This document shows, in pieces, positions 1 through 8,689 of a DNA stretch of 64,000 nucleotides. Location: contig CAIQRS010000238.1 of assembly GCA_903874275.1 (NCBI GenBank), positions 2,844 through 66,843 on the forward strand, given 5' to 3'. This DNA comes from an uncultured Anaeromyxobacter sp. GTDB taxonomy: Bacteria > Myxococcota > Myxococcia > Myxococcales > Anaeromyxobacteraceae. The notes under the pieces are model-generated. The model was not told the origin of the DNA and searched no databases. It worked only from the letters and a program-made list of their open reading frames with translations. A program made the translations under genes and the position numbers. Each line of letters begins with the position of its first letter. The stretch's first letter is position 1.

Positions 1-628
1 CTCTCGCCGCGGGTGTTAGGACTTCCGACACATCGTTCGGCGCGGCGTACATCCTGGACAGGGCGTACGCGCCGACTGACGCGCGGCGTCACCGGCCTGG
101 GCCAATCACGACGGGTGATTCCAGGGTTTGTAAGGTGTTCTTTACTTCGAGCGAAGGTCAGATCCTCCCCCACGTCGTGTCTTACGATCGCTGATGCTCG
201 CTGGACGGAGGTATTCGCCGTGGTCTGCAATCGCCCCGGATCTCGCTTCCCGACCTTTCTCGCCCGGCTGGTCGCGGGCCTGGTCCTGGCTGGCCTCGCC
301 TTCCTTTCCCCGGTCCCCGCCATCGATCCCGCGGCGCGGGTCACGTCACGGCATTCGCTCCAGGTGGAGTGAAGATGCTCCGGCCCCGTCATGCTCCCGA
401 GGTCGAGGGCCGGACAGAGACAGTGGACGTGATTGTCCGGCATTCGCCTCCTGCCGCCGGGCTGGTTTCGGAGGAGCGCCTGCCAGGGGCCGTGAACCAC
501 GTCGGGCCCGATCCTTCGCGCAGGCGGACGGGCGTGCCCACGTGTGCCGCCATCCGCCACCGGGACGGTGGCCACGTTCAGCATCGCGCTGCTCTCTTGC
601 TGCATGGACCCAGAAACGAGGAGCCCCA

Positions 629-3091
629 ATGCACGGACTCGGACACGAAGATTCCCAGGATGAGGCAGTGCCGATGACCGAGTGGAGGAGGCGGCATCAC
701 GATTCCGCGAAGGGGTTCCTCCACGCCCGCCAGCGCGGCGCGGTTTTCCTCGCCGCGGTCGCCGCGCTCACGGTGGCGATGCCCGCAGCGGCCGGGATCA
801 CCTACAACGTCTCGACCGAGCCCGAGCTGCAGGCGGCGGTCGCCGCGGTGAACGCCGGCGTCGGTGGCGACACGATCGTGCTGGCTCCGGGCGTCTACAT
901 GCTCACGGATGTGCTGCGCCTCGGGAGCAGCATGACGATCCAAGGCGACCCGGTGCTGCCGACTGTGCTCGATGGCGGCAACGGCCGGACCTTTGGTACG
1001 GGGGGGGCGAGCGGAACTCTTCCGTGTACCGTGAGCAGCCCGTGCCTCTTCGACATCGTGAGCATCAGTGCCCCTGGCGTTCAGATTCGGGACCTAACCC
1101 TCAGGAACGGGAGCCATGGATTCGGATATAGTTACTATAGTTTTTCGGCGTGGGGCGTGACCATCACCGGGAACGAAACTGGCGTTGAACTCGGTGACTC
1201 GGTAACGGGCCATTTCACGAACTCCACCATCGCGGGCAACACTTGGTATGGGGTCGTGGGCATAGGCGATCTTGACCTGACCAACGTGACCGTCTCGAAC
1301 AACGGGTGGCAAGGCATCGCGCAGTGCCAGGGTTGCAGGGTCAGGCTCACCAACTCGCTCGTCGTGGCGAACGGGCTGGATTGCAAGGCGCCCGTGTGGG
1401 CCAGCCTCAACTCACTCGACAGCGACGGCACCTGCGGGGTCACGACCGTGAGCCCGGCCGCGCTCGGCCTCGGCGGCTTGGCCGCCAACGGCGGCCCGAC
1501 CATGACCGAGGCGATCTCGGCGACCAGCCCGGCCAGGAACGCCGGTGACATGGCCTCGTGCCCGCCGACCGACCAGCGCGGCGTCGCCCGCAGCGACGGG
1601 GCGTGCGACATCGGCGCCTACGAGTACGTTCCGCCGGCGCCGCCGGCGCTCCTGCTCACCTTCAGCGGTGCGGCCGGGGCCACCGAGGGCGTGCCCTACG
1701 CCGGCGGCGCGCTGGCCGCCACCGGCGGGTTCGGTTTCGTGACCTACTCGGCGGTCGGTCTCCCGCCCGGGCTCTCCTGTGACTCCTTCACCGGGGCCAT
1801 CACCGGCACGCCCACCTTTCCGTCGGCCGGGAACTGGTCGGTCACCGGCGGCGGGAGCGACATCGTGGGCGCGGTCGGCCAGGTCACCTTCGACATCCTG
1901 GTCGCGCCGTCGCCCGGCGCCGACTTGCAGCTGACGCTCTTCCCGATCGCCAGCGTATCGCCTGGAGGTCTCGTCACCATCGACGCCTCGGTCACGAACG
2001 CCGGACCGCTCGACGCCAGCGGCGTGCAGCTCTCCTACAGCGGCGGGGCCGCGGGAGCGCTCCCGGTGGTCAGCTTCGTCGCCGCCCAGGGGACCTGCTC
2101 CCCGTCGAGCTGCGCCCTCGGCACCATCTTGGTCGGTGGGCGGGTGACGGTGCGGCTGGTCCTCGACCCGTCAGCGCTCCTCGCCGGCGCGCCGCCGGCC
2201 GCCATCGACCTCGGAGTGCTCACGGTCACCGAGGCGCCACCCGACCCGGATCCCACCAGCAACCAGGTGGCCCTCGTCGCCGCCGTGGTCATCCCCGACA
2301 CCACGCCGCCGGTCATCTTCGCCCCGACGCTGCGCCTGGTGGTCGCCGATGGCAGCGTCACGGCGCTCGGCGCGCTCGGCGTCACCGCGCTGGACGCGGT
2401 GGACGGGCCGGTGGTCCCGGTGGCGACCAGCGTCGTGGGGCCTACCGTGGGGGGCGGGCTGGCCCAGGGCAGTCACACCATCACCTGGTCGGCGACCGAC
2501 GCCGCCGGCAACACCGCCACGGCCATCCAGCAGGTGATCCTCGACACGCCCTCTATCGTCTACGGCCTGCCCATGGGCGGCGGGACGGTGGACGTGAGCG
2601 CGGCCGGCGGCCAGCAGCTCAGCGGCGTCACCGTCGGGGGCTTGAGCCCGGCCGTGCCGGGCGTGACCTTCCTCGGCACCACCATCGGCTACACGGTCTC
2701 GGCGCCGGTCGGCGGCACCGCCTCGGTGACGTTCGCCTTCTCGCCGCCGCTCTCCGTGTCGGGGACGCTGGTCCTCTACAAGGTCGACCGCGTCGGCGTG
2801 GCCACGCAGCTGCCCACCACGGCCTTCACCAGCGTCGGCGGCGCCTCGGTGACCTCCGTCACCATCACGCTCACCGACGGCGGCTCGTTCGACCTCGACA
2901 GGGCCGCGGACGGCAAGATCGAGGACCCGGTTGCACTCGGCGTGAGGCCTTTGGCTCCGCCGCCGCCTCCGCCCGGCGACGATGGGGATGATGACCGGGA
3001 CGACGACGACGACCGCGATCACCACAAGAAGCACCGGCACGGCAACCGCCGAGACGGGGGGGACGACGGACGGCGCGAGGAGCAGCGCTGA
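629..3091 (+). CDS. secreted beta-helix repeat protein with HYR-like Ig domain and acidic/His-rich C-terminal tail
   Basis: C-terminal ~820 aa of ORF 194..3091. AGGAG lies 7 nt before ATG 629 (alternative ATG 674). Signal-like segment AVFLAAVAALTVAMPAAAG. Motifs YNVSTEPELQAAV..GGDTIVLAPGVY and CDIGAYEY are typical of right-handed beta-helix surface proteins. DTTPPVI..GSHTITWSATDAAGNTA resembles a HYR domain. Confidence 0.75.
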   Translation: MHGLGHEDSQDEAVPMTEWRRRHHDSAKGFLHARQRGAVFLAAVAALTVAMPAAAGITYNVSTEPELQAAVAAVNAGVGGDTIVLAPGVYMLTDVLRLGSSMTIQGDPVLPTVLDGGNGRTFGTGGASGTLPCTVSSPCLFDIVSISAPGVQIRDLTLRNGSHGFGYSYYSFSAWGVTITGNETGVELGDSVTGHFTNSTIAGNTWYGVVGIGDLDLTNVTVSNNGWQGIAQCQGCRVRLTNSLVVANGLDCKAPVWASLNSLDSDGTCGVTTVSPAALGLGGLAANGGPTMTEAISATSPARNAGDMASCPPTDQRGVARSDGACDIGAYEYVPPAPPALLLTFSGAAGATEGVPYAGGALAATGGFGFVTYSAVGLPPGLSCDSFTGAITGTPTFPSAGNWSVTGGGSDIVGAVGQVTFDILVAPSPGADLQLTLFPIASVSPGGLVTIDASVTNAGPLDASGVQLSYSGGAAGALPVVSFVAAQGTCSPSSCALGTILVGGRVTVRLVLDPSALLAGAPPAAIDLGVLTVTEAPPDPDPTSNQVALVAAVVIPDTTPPVIFAPTLRLVVADGSVTALGALGVTALDAVDGPVVPVATSVVGPTVGGGLAQGSHTITWSATDAAGNTATAIQQVILDTPSIVYGLPMGGGTVDVSAAGGQQLSGVTVGGLSPAVPGVTFLGTTIGYTVSAPVGGTASVTFAFSPPLSVSGTLVLYKVDRVGVATQLPTTAFTSVGGASVTSVTITLTDGGSFDLDRAADGKIEDPVALGVRPLAPPPPPPGDDGDDDRDDDDDRDHHKKHRHGNRRDGGDDGRREEQR

Positions 3092-3231
3092 GGGGCGCGC
3101 CCACCGGGGCGGACCAGGTGGACGGCGCGTTCGTTCCCGGCTTCGAGGTCGGGGGCGAGCGACAGCTCGGCGAGGCGGAGATCTCCTTCGTGTCGACGCC
3201 GGGTGAGAAGGACTGAACGGGAGGGGCGACG

Positions 3232-3519
3232 GTGCGCGCTTCGACGGGAACGACGAGGATGCGATGTGCCGCGGCGGTCCTCGCCGCGCTGCTGGCCGGG
3301 GATGTCCGGCCCCAGGCCACGTCCTCCCCGCAGCAGGAGTACACCGAGGTCCTGCGCCAGGCCGATGCGTGGATGTTGGAGGGGAACGCCTTCGAGGCGG
3401 TGCGGCTCTATGAGCGCGCCGGGCGGATCGCCTACAACAACAAGCTCCCCGTCGACGACGCGGCGCTGAAGGGGAAGCGGCCGTCCTGGCCGACATCCCC
3501 AACTGCACCTACTACATGA
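3232..3519 (+). CDS. small signal-peptide protein with one TPR-like helix pair, possibly the 5' stump of a longer gene
   Basis: MRCAAAVLAALLAG signal-like start (internal ATG 3259). YTEVLRQADAWMLEGNAFEAVRLYERAGRIAY looks TPR-like. The C-terminal 20 aa are low complexity and overlap the convergent gene end at 3512. Confidence 0.35.
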   Translation: MRASTGTTRMRCAAAVLAALLAGDVRPQATSSPQQEYTEVLRQADAWMLEGNAFEAVRLYERAGRIAYNNKLPVDDAALKGKRPSWPTSPTAPTT

Positions 3520-4144
3520 CCAACGGGGCGGTCCCCGCTACAGGGAGACCGGCTCGGTCGGCCAGTACCAGCCCCAGCAACTTCAGCCGCGAGAAGACCG
3601 TGCTGATGGAGAGGCCGAGGTGCTCGGCGATGTCCTTGAGCGTGGACCCCGCCTGCCGCATCGCCAGGATGTCCTGGTCATCCTCGGGCAGGGACGTCAT
3701 CCACGCTTCCAAGTCCACCGCGGAGATGATGTCCCTCGTCGGGTTGACCTGGAGGGCCGTGGCGAGGCCAGGGACGAGAGCCTCGGCATTCTCCTCGGCG
3801 ATGAACCCGCCATCATCGTCGAGCATGCCGTCGAGCCGGTACACCTCGACCTTCCCCTGGGAGTAGTTCATCGGGTGCAGCACGTCGCGGGCGGGCTGGG
3901 CGTCGTCGTGGACGAAGCGGCGCTTCAAGTCCACTGCGCGCAGCCTGCATGAGTGGACGAGGATGGCGTCGTTGAGAACCCGGCCGCGCTCGGCGTAGCG
4001 GGCCGCCATCTCGAAGGTCATGCAGATCGCTTCCTGCAATCGGTCCTCGCGGTCGGCCATGTTGGTGATGTAGCGACTCACGGGCCGGAACAGCCCCTTG
4101 CGAACCTTCTGGTCGAAGCTGCTGCGAATCTCCTGCTGGGTCAT
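3512..4144 (-). CDS. sigma-70 family (ECF/phage-like) RNA polymerase sigma factor
   Basis: The region-4 HTH is clear: LPEDDQDILAMRQAGSTLKDIAEHLGLSISTVFSRLKLL. The region-2-like DREDRLQEAICMTFEMAARY is weaker. Confidence 0.7.
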   Translation of the reverse strand: MTQQEIRSSFDQKVRKGLFRPVSRYITNMADREDRLQEAICMTFEMAARYAERGRVLNDAILVHSCRLRAVDLKRRFVHDDAQPARDVLHPMNYSQGKVEVYRLDGMLDDDGGFIAEENAEALVPGLATALQVNPTRDIISAVDLEAWMTSLPEDDQDILAMRQAGSTLKDIAEHLGLSISTVFSRLKLLGLVLADRAGLPVAGTAPLVM

Positions 4145-4432
4145 GGTGGTCTCCTGGCGCGGACGCAGGAGGCCATGGCCCCTGGGACGCGCATGCGATG
4201 CGCGCCGTGGGGCGCTGATGGTGGTGGTGGTTCACGCGGACCTCTCCCGCGCCGGTGATGAACCGGAAGGAGAATGCCGCGGTGATGGATTGGACCCGTG
4301 GACCGGCTGGTCCGCGGTGGCAGGAACTCCCTACCTCTTCCTTATCCCGTCGTTTGGAAGGGGAATTGCCCTGGGGAGGGGGACATGGGAGTCCTCAACC
4401 CTGGGGGCAGGTCACAGGGGCCCGCAGAACCG

Positions 4433-4906
4433 CTACGGCAGAAAGTTCCTCGGGTCGTCGAAGAACGCGGCGCACCGCTCCCGGGTCATCTTGTAGCCGG
4501 TGCTGCCGAAGTACGTGACCTTCAGGAAGTTGACGACAATCCTTCCGCCGGTTTTGTCGCGAGGCGCGAGTTGGCTCGGGATGCTGAGGTCGATGAAGGG
4601 CCGGGTGAACGACGTCGAGCCCCCAGTCTCATGCACGGCGTCCACGGGGACGAGTTGGACGGCAGCCAGGCCTTCACCAAGACCGCAGGCGTACTCGACT
4701 ACAAAGCCATCGCGGTTGCCCGGGATGCGAATGCGGGAGGCCCTCCGGGCCAGTTCCTCGCCGCCGTAGATGCTGTGGTTGAGGAGGGCGCCCACCTGGT
4801 TGGCCCAGAAGAACCACCCCGGGTCGGTGAACAGCACCTGGGACACGGTCATCCCTACGTACCTGCCAAACATCAACTCCGTCCTGACCATTGCAGGTGT
4901 CTCCAC
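4433..4906 (-). CDS. hypothetical protein (N-terminal motif resembles DUF3820-type FGxYxG..V...DPGW)
   Basis: Non-biased composition. MFGRYVGMTVSQVLFTDPGWFFWANQ. The start abuts the stop of the upstream gene (4907), suggesting translational coupling. GC is lower than the surroundings by eye. Confidence 0.6.
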   Translation of the reverse strand: METPAMVRTELMFGRYVGMTVSQVLFTDPGWFFWANQVGALLNHSIYGGEELARRASRIRIPGNRDGFVVEYACGLGEGLAAVQLVPVDAVHETGGSTSFTRPFIDLSIPSQLAPRDKTGGRIVVNFLKVTYFGSTGYKMTRERCAAFFDDPRNFLP

Positions 4907-5488
4907 TCAGTTTAGGTAGGGCGTAGAAGGACGGTGCGGCTTCTGAAGCAGGCTGAGCAACTGCCGCTGCTTGACGAGCAGCGCCAGAAGCTCTTGCAGT
5001 GACTCGATCATTCTTTCGGTTTCCTTGTTGAGCTCCTCGTTCTGACCGGTTTGGATGAGGGACCGTTCCCAGCGAGCCATACCGTTTACGTGGAATGTCC
5101 TTGCGAGGTCGGCCACGACGTCGTGGGCTTTGTTGAGGAAATCTAGACGAGCCCCAACTGTTCCCCACATGCGAAGCCTCTTCTCGTCGATGCCGATCAC
5201 GGCGGCTAGCTGACGGGACGCATCCTTCCCATAGGTCACTGGATCATCCGCAACGCGGCAGATTGTGACCCCCAATTCCGAACAGACCACGCGTTCGTTC
5301 TTGTTGAGCGTCGACAGGAGGGACTTAAGGCGCTCGAACTCACGATGAAGTGCAGGCGGCATCTTGGCGAGGATTGCCGTCAGCTCTCGGCCTGAAGGAC
5401 GAACTGACTTCCGCTTCCTCCTCTTGAGACTGGCTCGTTTGCCGGAACCGGTGCGGGCTGGCCGTCTCTTGTCATCTTCTCGATTCAT
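4907..5488 (-). CDS. hypothetical protein with basic N-terminus
   Basis: 193-aa ORF with balanced composition after a K/R-rich N-terminus. GC is clearly lower than the window average by eye. No family recognised. Confidence 0.6.
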   Translation of the reverse strand: MNREDDKRRPARTGSGKRASLKRRKRKSVRPSGRELTAILAKMPPALHREFERLKSLLSTLNKNERVVCSELGVTICRVADDPVTYGKDASRQLAAVIGIDEKRLRMWGTVGARLDFLNKAHDVVADLARTFHVNGMARWERSLIQTGQNEELNKETERMIESLQELLALLVKQRQLLSLLQKPHRPSTPYLN

Positions 5489-5993
5489 CGATCGCTCCTT
5501 ATGCTCTGTCCGAGTCGCACTGAACGTTGTTGGCCCGCCAGGAGCGAGCCGTGTGTGTCTGGACCAGACGCCGGCGTGGTCGATGCGCTGATGGCTGACA
5601 GGTCGCCTCGTGGGACCAGCACCCGTGCGGCCCGTGGATCTCCAGCGGACGGCTTTTCCCGTCCGGCAGGTCTCTCGCGAGCACCCGAAGTCGCTACTCG
5701 ATGCTCGCGGAGCGGCAGATGGGTCCAGGTCATGGAGTGCCTGCCCTGGCCGACGACCGCTCGACCAACTCGGTCACCCGAGCCGCCTTCTCGATGAGTT
5801 CACGAGCCTGAGCGAAGTCCCCCCGCATCGCGGCCTCGCTTGCGAGCCGGGCGCACGCATCCAGGAACGACGGGATAGGGGAGGGAAGTGCAGCCGGGTC
5901 CGGCGGGTCAGACAGGTCCGCGCGGTGGGTGGAGCAAGGAGGAGCCGCGTCGGCTACCGCGTGGGGCGCTGTAACGACAGGTAAAGCCCCGGA

Positions 5994-6016
5994 TTCAAAT
6001 CCCTTTTCCCGCTCCA
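5994..6016 (+). repeat. tRNA-Gly 3'-end-like att core, copy 1
   Basis: TTCAAATCCCTTTTCCCGCTCCA parses as T-loop, T-stem 3' half, acceptor 3' strand TTCCCGC, discriminator T and CCA. No upstream sequence can complete a tRNA. Confidence 0.7.
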
Positions 6017-6021
6017 ACACA

Positions 6022-6056
6022 GCCTCGCCAACCCCCAGGGTTGGCGAGGCATTTTT
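6022..6056 (+). terminator. intrinsic terminator (13-bp perfect stem, 3-nt loop, T-run)
   Basis: GCCTCGCCAACCC-CCA-GGGTTGGCGAGGC followed by ATTTTT. Confidence 0.75.
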
Positions 6057-6212
6057 CTAGGTTACCGCCCGGGTCCGACCGCCTGTGCCCCAGGTGTGCC
6101 GTCAGGGTGCCGTGGCGTGGTCCCGGCCGACCGAACGGCCGCCGGCGCCGAGTCCCTGCGCTTGCCACGGCCCGTGGTGGTAGTTATACGTTGGTAATAA
6201 CGGAGGCGAGCC

Positions 6213-6437
6213 ATGCGCAAGAAGCTCTCGGCCATCGGCAACAGTCTGGGGCTCGTCATCGAGAAGCCCATCCTGGAATTGCTCGACATCGACCGCGATA
6301 CCGAGCTCGACATGAGAACCGATGGCGACCGGCTCATCATCTCTCCCGTCCGGAAGGGAAAGAAGGAAAGGGTGCGGACGGCCCACCAGCGTGCACTCAT
6401 TGCCCATGACGAGACCCTCCGAAGGCTGGCTAGGTGA
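6213..6437 (+). CDS. AbrB/MazE/SpoVT-family antitoxin-like DNA-binding protein
   Basis: MRKKLSAIGNSLGLVIEKPILELLDI is the classic swapped-hairpin AbrB/MazE N-terminus. GGAGG lies upstream. No recognisable toxin gene follows. Confidence 0.8.
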   Translation: MRKKLSAIGNSLGLVIEKPILELLDIDRDTELDMRTDGDRLIISPVRKGKKERVRTAHQRALIAHDETLRRLAR

Positions 6438-6445
6438 GGAAATCC

Positions 6446-6645
6446 CCGTGAAGCCCACCCCAAAGCCCGTTGGAACGAAGCGGGTGTCCCGTCGCGATCT
6501 CTTCGCCGACCTGGTTGAGGGAGTTGCCGCTCTGGCCGGAGCCCGCGAGGCCAAGCGCAACATGGCCAAGAAGAGGTCGCGGTCATCCGTCGCGGGGAAT
6601 GCCTCGCCTGAGACCAAGGCGCACCTGAAGCGCCAACTCGAGTAG
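6446..6645 (+). CDS. hypothetical small protein
   Basis: A GTG start 9 nt after the preceding stop gives VKPTPKPVGTKRVSRRDLFADLVEGVAALAGAREAKRNM... The start is uncertain. Confidence 0.35.
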
Positions 6646-6656
6646 GGGAGGGGACC

Positions 6657-6881
6657 TTGGCGACCGAACCAATCTGCAGGCTGTGCAAACCGGATCCCGA
6701 CGATTCGAAGTGGGTCACGGTCTACCCGATGGAAAGCGAGCCGGGACGCTGGATGGTGACGGTCGACGTGACCATGCAACTTTGCGCCGAGCACAAGCGG
6801 AGGCTCCTCGAGGCGGTCGGGATGGATGACGTGCAGGAGTACGAGCCCCCGCCGCATCCCTGGCTCCAGAGCAAGGGGTGA
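6657..6881 (+). CDS. hypothetical small Cys/His-containing protein
   Basis: 74-aa ORF with a non-ATG start. CRLC...C..H pattern, balanced composition. Confidence 0.4.
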   Translation: MATEPICRLCKPDPDDSKWVTVYPMESEPGRWMVTVDVTMQLCAEHKRRLLEAVGMDDVQEYEPPPHPWLQSKG

Positions 6882-6952
6882 GCGTCCAGCCGATGGGATC
6901 GTGGCCGCGAGAGATGTCAGGGCTTGCGCGATTCGCGATTCGCGAATAGCAT

Positions 6953-7510
6953 ATGAGCATGCTCGCCAAGGCGCCGCAGCTCAGGCCACAGGACGTAGTC
7001 GTGCTCCTCGACCTGGCACTCAGGCAGGGAGGGGAGTGGTCATACCCTCAGGTGGCGTCGAAGCTCGGGATGAGCGCATCCGAGGTCCACGCGGCGATCC
7101 GAAGATCGGTCTTGGCCCGCCTGGCGGTCGCTCCGCCGGGGAAGCCCATCTCGGTGAACCGCCGCAATCTCCTGGAGTTCCTCGTCCACGGGGCGCGATA
7201 CGCGTTCCCGGTCGTTCGCGGGCCTGCCACGCGGGGCCACCCGACGAGCCACGCGGCCCCGGTGCTCGAGAAGCGAATCGTCGACGACGGCGGGCTCCCA
7301 CCCGTATGGCCGGACGCATCGGGCCCGGTCCGAGGAGAATCGTTCTCGCCCCTCTATCCCTCGGCATCCGTCGTGACGGCCATCGTCGCCGACCGCGCAC
7401 TTTATGACGCCGTGGCCCTGGTGGATGCCATCCGGGGCGGATCTGCCCGGGAAAGGCAGGTCGCCTCCGGGCTCCTGGAGAAGGTCCTCGAGTCGGAGGC
7501 CGCACGGTGA
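6953..7510 (+). CDS. winged-helix-like protein, putative partner of the downstream nucleotidyltransferase
   Basis: N-terminal QDVVVLLDLALRQGGEWSYPQVASKLGMSASEVHAAIRR looks wHTH-like. Its stop overlaps the GTG start of the next gene (GTGA). Confidence 0.6.
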   Translation: MSMLAKAPQLRPQDVVVLLDLALRQGGEWSYPQVASKLGMSASEVHAAIRRSVLARLAVAPPGKPISVNRRNLLEFLVHGARYAFPVVRGPATRGHPTSHAAPVLEKRIVDDGGLPPVWPDASGPVRGESFSPLYPSASVVTAIVADRALYDAVALVDAIRGGSARERQVASGLLEKVLESEAAR

Positions 7511-8196
7511 CGCGCAACATCGAGATGCTCGTCCAGGTCGCTCGTGGGCTCGGCGATCTCCGGCCCGAGGTCGTGTTCGTCGGCGGCGCGGTCGTCGAGT
7601 TGTTCGTCACCGACCCTGCCGCCCCCCGGCCGAGGTTCACGGAAGACGTCGACCTCGTCGTGGAGATCACGACCCGGGCGGAGTGGTCCAGGCTGGGCGA
7701 GAGACTCCGCTCCCGCGGCTTCCGGGAGGATCGGCGAGAAGGTGCGCCGATCTGCCGGTGGGTGCTCGGCGACCTGACGGTGGACGTGATGCCAGAGCTC
7801 GAATCCATCCTGGGGTTCACGAACCGGTGGTACGCAATGGCGCGGGAGGAGTCCAACGAGCGGGAACTACCCGGCCGAGTCCCGGTCCGGATCGTTCGTG
7901 CACCGCTCTTCCTGGCGACCAAGGTGGAGGCCTTTGGGTCGCGCGGGGCCGGCGATTTTGCCGCGAGCCAGGACATCGAGGACATCGTGGCGGTCGTCGA
8001 TGGCCGACCGGCAATCACCACGGAGACGAGCGCCTCGCCGCCCGAGCTTCGACACTTCCTGGCCGAGACGGCCGAGGGCTGGCTTGCGAATGCCCGATTC
8101 CTGGAGGCCCTTCCTGGCCACCTCCCCGGCGACTCCGCCAGCCAGCTTCGGGTCCCGATCGTCCTCGGACGTCTGCGGGAGATCGCGGAACTCTGA
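7507..8196 (+). CDS. minimal nucleotidyltransferase-fold protein (AbiEii/MNT-like)
   Basis: VFVGGAVVELFV..(13)..TEDVDLVV fits the hG[GS]-x9-13-DhD NTase signature. 229 aa, translationally coupled to 6953..7510. Confidence 0.7.
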   Translation: MTRNIEMLVQVARGLGDLRPEVVFVGGAVVELFVTDPAAPRPRFTEDVDLVVEITTRAEWSRLGERLRSRGFREDRREGAPICRWVLGDLTVDVMPELESILGFTNRWYAMAREESNERELPGRVPVRIVRAPLFLATKVEAFGSRGAGDFAASQDIEDIVAVVDGRPAITTETSASPPELRHFLAETAEGWLANARFLEALPGHLPGDSASQLRVPIVLGRLREIAEL

Positions 8197-8355
8197 CCTC
8201 CGCCATGTGCCCCACCTGTGCCCCGACCGTGCACCACGGGGCGGGATGAGCCGGAACGGGAGGGAAGGCGATGGAACGGGAAAGGCGAAGGGTCACGGCG
8301 AGTTGTGAGGTAACGGCGCGTCCCGCATAGGGTTATTCACTCACCGTGTAGACCC

Positions 8356-8378
8356 TTCAAATCCCTTTTCCCGCTCCA
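8356..8378 (+). repeat. tRNA-Gly 3'-end-like att core, copy 2
   Basis: Identical 23-mer to copy 1. The following ~95 nt are also shared with copy 1. Confidence 0.7.
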
Positions 8379-8383
8379 ACACA

Positions 8384-8417
8384 GCCTCGCCAACCCCCAG
8401 GGTTGGCGAGGCATTTT
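8384..8417 (+). terminator. intrinsic terminator (same hairpin as 6022..6056)
   Basis: GCCTCGCCAACCC-CCA-GGGTTGGCGAGGC followed by ATTTT. Confidence 0.75.
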
Positions 8418-8689
8418 CTAGGATACCGCCCGGGTCCGACCGCGGTGCCGTCAGGGTGCCATTGCGGGTCCTCCCTGGCTAGAACCGTGTCCGCCGAGGA
8501 TCACGAAGTCCCGTCACGCATGTGCGGGTACCGGCGCATGCCGATCACCCATTCCGGCGGAAGCCGATCACCGATTCCGGAGCACTTCAGCGCTCGCCAG
8601 AAGTGACCCGGGTGCGCTCGCGAGAAGTGACCCAGGCGCACGCGGAGTGACTGGGGCGTCTGCGTCGAGGTAAGGACGGCGCGGAAGAG

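Noticed and set aside
5730-6020. ORFs beginning MLEREKGFE / MEREKGFE (also 11053..11718).
   Set aside because: The conserved N-terminus is simply the reverse translation of the tRNA-like att core. The C-terminal half of 5730..6020 is helical and might belong to a short real gene, but no credible start can be defined.
6177-6212. A shared GGTAGTT.T.TA motif upstream of the AbrB-like gene (6181) and abiEi (9916) as a common operator.
   Set aside because: There are only two short occurrences in AT-richer promoter patches, and the similarity may be coincidental. Only the abiEi inverted repeat was retained, as a low-confidence feature.
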